A DNA stretch of 64,000 nucleotides from assembly GCA_963666925.2 (NCBI GenBank), contig CAXXTC010000007.1, forward strand, positions 192,001 to 256,000, read 5' to 3'. Below, piece after piece: positions 58,286 to 64,000 of the stretch. This DNA comes from Phycisphaerae bacterium (GTDB lineage Bacteria; Planctomycetota; Phycisphaerae; UBA1845; Fen-1342). The stretch's first letter is position 1; the number at the start of each line of letters is the position of its first letter. The notes beneath the pieces are model-generated. The model saw nothing but the letters and a program-made list of their open reading frames with translations. It made no database searches and was not told where the DNA came from. Both the position numbers and the translations under genes were made by a program.

Positions 58286-59455
58286 TTACCAATCCAGCTT
58301 GCGCAGGCGTTCGATCGTCTCTTCCATCCGCGCATCGGGCACGCTCAGCGAGAAGCGGATGTATCCTTCGCCGGTGGGGCCGAAGCCGCTGCCGGGCACA
58401 CCCACCACGTCGGCCTCTTCGAGCATTTTGTTGCAGACGCTGAGCGAGTCGTAGCCGCGAGGTACGCGGGCCCAGACATAGAACGTGGCGGTCGGCGGCT
58501 CGGCCGAGAAGCCCACCTGCCGTAGACCGGCGCAGAGCAGCTCCGCCCGGCGGCGATACAGCTCGCGCATGGTACGCACCTCGGGACCGTCAATATTGTC
58601 ATACGCGACGGCGGTGGTTTCCTGGATGGCGGCGAAAAGTCCGCTATCCACGTTCGACTTAATCCGCGCCAGTGCCCCGATCACGTCGGCCTGCCCGACC
58701 ACGAACCCCGCGCGCCACCCCGTCATGTTGAACGTCTTCGACGCCGAGTGAAACTCGATCGCCACGTCCAGCGCCCCCTTCACCTGGAGGATGCTCGGCG
58801 GGCGTTCGTCGCCCAGGTAAAGCTCGTTATAGGCGGCGTCATGGGCCAGCACGATGTTGTGCTCGCGGGCGAACTCGATCGCCCGCTCGAAGAAGCTCAG
58901 ACTCGCGGTGGCGCCGGTCGGGTTGTTCGGGTAATTCAGGAACATCAGGGCCGCTTTGTCCGCGACCTCGGCCGGAATCGCGTCGAAATCAGGCTTCCAT
59001 CCGTTTTCGGCGCTCAATTCGATGATATGAGGCGTGCCGCCCGCGAAAACGGTGGCCGCGAGATAGGCCGGATACCCCGGCGCCGGCACGAGCACGGTCT
59101 GGCCCGGGTTGACGGCTGCCAGCGGTAGGTGCCCGATGCCTTCCTTGCTACCGATAAGTGCGAGGAGTTGCCGCTGGGCGTCGAGCTCGACGCCGTAACG
59201 CTTCGCGAAGAAGTCCCGAATGCCCTGGCGGAACCTGGGTCGGCCACCGCCTAGCGGATAGCTGTGATTGGCCGGATTTTGCAGGGCGGCGACCATGGCC
59301 TCGATGATGAACGGGTGCGTGGGCCGGTCGGGGTCGCCGACGCCATAATCGATGATATCTCGGCCGGCGTCGATCGCGGCGCGGCGTTTCTGGTCTATGT
59401 CGGCAAACAGGTAGGGGGGTAGTGATCGCAGACGTTCGGTCGCTACGAATGGCAT
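58286..59455 (-). CDS. dapL: LL-diaminopimelate aminotransferase-like PLP enzyme (class I)
   Basis: 'LPPYLFA.ID', 'GVGDPD', 'LIGSKEGI', 'NYPNNPTG', 'DAAY', 'SASKTFNMTGWR'. Confidence 0.8.
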   Translation of the reverse strand: MPFVATERLRSLPPYLFADIDQKRRAAIDAGRDIIDYGVGDPDRPTHPFIIEAMVAALQNPANHSYPLGGGRPRFRQGIRDFFAKRYGVELDAQRQLLALIGSKEGIGHLPLAAVNPGQTVLVPAPGYPAYLAATVFAGGTPHIIELSAENGWKPDFDAIPAEVADKAALMFLNYPNNPTGATASLSFFERAIEFAREHNIVLAHDAAYNELYLGDERPPSILQVKGALDVAIEFHSASKTFNMTGWRAGFVVGQADVIGALARIKSNVDSGLFAAIQETTAVAYDNIDGPEVRTMRELYRRRAELLCAGLRQVGFSAEPPTATFYVWARVPRGYDSLSVCNKMLEEADVVGVPGSGFGPTGEGYIRFSLSVPDARMEETIERLRKLDW

Positions 59456-59770
59456 GTGTGGATCTCCGCTACAGCTCCCAGACCGGGGGCAGCGCCCGGC
59501 AGTCTAGACGGAGTGGGCAGGGACGACAAGGACCGCCGATCGACGACGTGGCGGCGGTTGCTGTGGCCGAAAATTACGCAAAGACGGTCATCGGGCTGGA
59601 ATCGCTCCGGGTGCTTCGTTAAAATCGGGAATTCTTGACATAAGTGCGAGACTACTAAGAGATCGAACGCGACCCGTGTACGCGATCGACACGATATCCC
59701 CCCGACTCAACATGGATCAGCGCACAGCCGCCGTGTGGGTGGCTGCTGCGCTGACGGGCAGAGTGGTAGA

Positions 59771-61651
59771 ATGGGCATTGCAACCTCCGAAAACGTAGAC
59801 GCGGACAATCGTTCAACCGCCCGAATCGAGAAGCTCAACCGGGCCGCCATCCGCTTCGCCGGTGATTCCGGCGACGGTATGCAGCTCGTCGGCAGCCAGT
59901 TCACCGCCACCTCGGCGGTGGTCGGCAATGATGTGGCCACGTTCCCGGATTATCCGGCCGAGATTCGCGCCCCGATCGGGACGCTCGCCGGCGTCTCCGG
60001 GTTCCAGGTCAACTTCGCCGCCGAGCACATCCACACCCCCGGTGACCGGGCCGATGTTCTGGTGGCGATGAACCCGGCCGCCCTCATGGCCAACCTCAAG
60101 GAAATCGTCGACGAAGCGACCGTGATCGTGAACGTCGACGAATTCAACGAATCCAACCTCCAACGGGCCAACTGTGACAAGAACCCGCTCGAGACCAACG
60201 AACTCGCCGGCCTGCGCGTGTTCCAGGTCCCGATCACCTCGCAAACACTGGAAGCCGTCAAAGAGACCGGCCTGGGGCCGCGGGATGCCGCCCGCTGCAA
60301 GAACTTCTATGCCCTGGGTCTGGCCTACTGGCTGTTTGATCGGCCGCTCGAACCGACCGAACGCTGGATCAAGAGCAAGTTCGCCCGCGTGCCCGCCGTG
60401 GCTCGCGCCAACGAACTTGCCCTGCACGCCGGCTACAACTTCGGCGAAACGACCGAGATGTTCCCCGTCCGCTATCTTGTCGAGCGGGCCAAGCTCCGGC
60501 CCGGGACCTACCGCAACGTGACCGGCAACCTGGCTACGGCGCTTGGGCTCACTACCGCCGCCCAATTGGCGCAGCGGCCGCTGTTCTACGGCAGCTACCC
60601 GATCACCCCCGCCAGCGACATTCTCCACGAACTGTCACGCCTCCAGGCCTTCGACGTACGCGTCTTCCAGGCCGAGGACGAGATCGCCGCCATGTGTTCC
60701 GTTGTCGGCGCGTCGTTTGCCGGCGTGATTGCCACCACCGGAACCAGCGGTCCCGGTATGGCACTGAAGCAGGAAGCGATCGGACTCGCAGTCATGACCG
60801 AGCTGCCCTGCGTGATTGTCAACGTGCAGCGCGGCGGGCCCAGCACGGGCTTGCCGACCAAGACCGAGCAATCCGACCTCTGGCAGGTCATCATGGGCCG
60901 CAATGGCGATTGCCCGCTGCCCGTCGTTGCCGCCCAATCGCCGGCCGACTGTTTCTGGAGCGCCATCGAAGCAATTCGAGTCGCCGTCAAGTATATGACG
61001 CCGGTCGTCCTGCTGACTGATGGCTACCTCGGCAATGGCTCCGAGCCCTGGCGCGTGCCGGACAATGACGAGCTTGCCCCGATCCCGGCGCATCACTGGA
61101 CCCAGGTCGATGGTTTCCATCCATACTCACGCGACGACAACCGTGCCCGCCCCTGGGCGGTCCCCGGCACTCCCGGCCTGCGCCACCGCATCGGCGGGCT
61201 GGAAAAGGCCGACGTCACTGGCGACGTGTGCTACGTGCCCGAGAATCACCAGCGCATGACCGAACTGCGGGCGCAGAAGGTGGCCGGCGTGGTGCGCGAT
61301 GTGCCCGATCAGGAAATCTTCGGCCACCAGGAAGGTAAGCTGCTGGTGGTTTCATGGGGTGGGACCTTCGGCGCCGTCCGCTCGGCTATCGAGCAGGCGC
61401 TCAACGACGGCCAGGACGTCGGCCACGCCCATCTGCGCTGGCTGAGCCCCATGCCTGGAAACTTCGGCGACCTGCTCAAGCGTTACGAACGTGTGCTTGT
61501 TTGTGAGCTGAACATGGGACAGCTCCGGATGTTGATGCGCGGCACCTATCTCGTGGACGCGCTCGGCCTGAACAAGGTGCAGGGCCGGCCGTTCACTATC
61601 AGCGAAGTCCGTGCGAAGATCGACGAATTACTTGGAGGTAATCCCTCGTGA
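59771..61651 (+). CDS. korA: 2-oxoacid:ferredoxin oxidoreductase alpha subunit (gamma-alpha fusion)
   Basis: 'IRFAGDSGDGMQL', 'YPITPAS', 'QAEDEIAA', 'TSGPG', 'VQRGGPSTGLPT'. Confidence 0.93.
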   Translation: MGIATSENVDADNRSTARIEKLNRAAIRFAGDSGDGMQLVGSQFTATSAVVGNDVATFPDYPAEIRAPIGTLAGVSGFQVNFAAEHIHTPGDRADVLVAMNPAALMANLKEIVDEATVIVNVDEFNESNLQRANCDKNPLETNELAGLRVFQVPITSQTLEAVKETGLGPRDAARCKNFYALGLAYWLFDRPLEPTERWIKSKFARVPAVARANELALHAGYNFGETTEMFPVRYLVERAKLRPGTYRNVTGNLATALGLTTAAQLAQRPLFYGSYPITPASDILHELSRLQAFDVRVFQAEDEIAAMCSVVGASFAGVIATTGTSGPGMALKQEAIGLAVMTELPCVIVNVQRGGPSTGLPTKTEQSDLWQVIMGRNGDCPLPVVAAQSPADCFWSAIEAIRVAVKYMTPVVLLTDGYLGNGSEPWRVPDNDELAPIPAHHWTQVDGFHPYSRDDNRARPWAVPGTPGLRHRIGGLEKADVTGDVCYVPENHQRMTELRAQKVAGVVRDVPDQEIFGHQEGKLLVVSWGGTFGAVRSAIEQALNDGQDVGHAHLRWLSPMPGNFGDLLKRYERVLVCELNMGQLRMLMRGTYLVDALGLNKVQGRPFTISEVRAKIDELLGGNPS

Positions 61652-62667
61652 CTCTCTCCGATGAATCCACCGCGCTGACCTGGAAGGACTTCAAGACCGA
61701 TCAGCAGGTCAAGTGGTGCCCCGGCTGCGGCGACCACTCCATCCTGGTCCAGCTCCAGAAGGTCCTGGCCGAGGTCGGCAGCGATCCGGACAACACCGTC
61801 TTCGTCTCGGGCATCGGCTGCTCCAGCCGCTTTCCCTACTACATGAACACCTACGGGTTCCACGGGATCCATGGCCGGGCGCCGGCTGTCGCGACCGGCG
61901 TCAAGTGCGCCAACCGTGACCTGAACGTCTGGGTCATCACCGGCGACGGCGACGCGCTCAGCATCGGCGGAAACCACTTCCTCCATACTATCCGCCGCAA
62001 TGTGAACCTGAAGATCATCCTCTTCAACAACCGCATCTATGGCCTGACCAAGGGGCAGTACTCGCCGACCAGCGAGATGGGAACGCGGACGCGCTCCTCG
62101 CCGGCCGGCTCGATCGACCATCCGATCCATCCCATCTCCGTCGCCATCGGTGCGGAGATCACCTTTGTCGCCCGCGCCATCGACACCGACGTCAAGCACC
62201 TGCAATACGTGCTGAAGCGGGCGGCCGAGCATCGCGGGACGGCCTTTGTCGAGGTCTACCAGAACTGCCAGGTTTACAACGCCGGTGCGCACAAGTACGC
62301 CACCGATCGCCACACCAAGCACGACGCCGTCGTGTATCTCGAGCATGGTAAGCCGCTGGTTTTCGGTAACAACCGGGAGAAAGGGCTCCGCATCAGTGGC
62401 GACATGATCGAAGTGGCCGAGTTGGAGCAGTGCTCCGCTGACGACCTGATCATCCACGACGAAAAGGCCAGTGACGCATCCTTGGCCTACCGCCTGGCCC
62501 GGATGCACCACCCCGAGTATCCCGTGCCGCTGGGTGTGTTCCTGGCGGTCGATCAGCCGGCCTACGACGATATGCTGATGGAGCAGATCGAAGCGGCCCG
62601 CGAGAAGCAGGGTCACACCGATTTGCAGAAGCTCTATCGGGCGGGCGAAACCTGGGAAGTGAGCTGA
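61648..62667 (+). CDS. korB: 2-oxoacid:ferredoxin oxidoreductase beta subunit
   Basis: 'WCPGCGD', 'SGIGCSSR', 'HGIHGR', 'GDGDALSIGGNH', 'NNRIYGLTKGQYSPT'; GTGA overlap with korA. Confidence 0.93.
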   Translation: MTLSDESTALTWKDFKTDQQVKWCPGCGDHSILVQLQKVLAEVGSDPDNTVFVSGIGCSSRFPYYMNTYGFHGIHGRAPAVATGVKCANRDLNVWVITGDGDALSIGGNHFLHTIRRNVNLKIILFNNRIYGLTKGQYSPTSEMGTRTRSSPAGSIDHPIHPISVAIGAEITFVARAIDTDVKHLQYVLKRAAEHRGTAFVEVYQNCQVYNAGAHKYATDRHTKHDAVVYLEHGKPLVFGNNREKGLRISGDMIEVAELEQCSADDLIIHDEKASDASLAYRLARMHHPEYPVPLGVFLAVDQPAYDDMLMEQIEAAREKQGHTDLQKLYRAGETWEVS

Positions 62668-62693
62668 CCCCGCCGGCCGATTACTGCATTAAG

Positions 62694-62743
62694 AAAACAA
62701 CACTGGCGTCCGTGACCAACCGTCGCGGACGCCAGTTGTTTTT
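62694..62743. terminator. Bidirectional intrinsic terminator between korB and eno
   Basis: AAAACAA-CA-CTGGCGTCCGTGAC...GTCGCGGACGCCAG-TTGTTTTT. Confidence 0.75.
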
Positions 62744-62770
62744 CATATCAGGTCGTCTTCCGCACTCGAA

Positions 62771-64000
<1,230 letters not shown>

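Overview
GC-rich bacterial window that looks like a Planctomycetota (probably Phycisphaerae-like) chromosome; this is inferred from the gene content. It opens with the 5'-truncated gene for a giant secretin (>2900 aa, about 26 N-domain repeats), followed by a lipoprotein and an orphan mreD. The most striking part is 16-37 kb. There, six predicted secreted proteins all end in the same Cys-containing dockerin-like double Ca-binding motif: an IdeS/Mac-like cysteine protease interrupted by an in-frame TGA with a SECIS-like hairpin, a beta-helix protein, a gingipain-like C25 protease, a small unknown protein, an S8 subtilase with 8 Cys-rich repeats, and a 4x Kazal inhibitor. A tandem pair of SPFH proteins sits in the middle of this cluster, and tRNA-Arg(TCT) marks its right edge. 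The rest is mostly housekeeping or envelope genes (rhomboid, tatA, PEP-CTERM protein, trxA, ispE, folK, dapL, korAB, eno). It also holds a low-GC HEPN-like gene, REP-like palindromes, two apparent pseudo-enzymes and two zones of multiply frameshifted genes (41.8-44.8 kb and 48.8-51.3 kb) that may be assembly errors. All assignments come from reading motifs by eye; no database searches were run.
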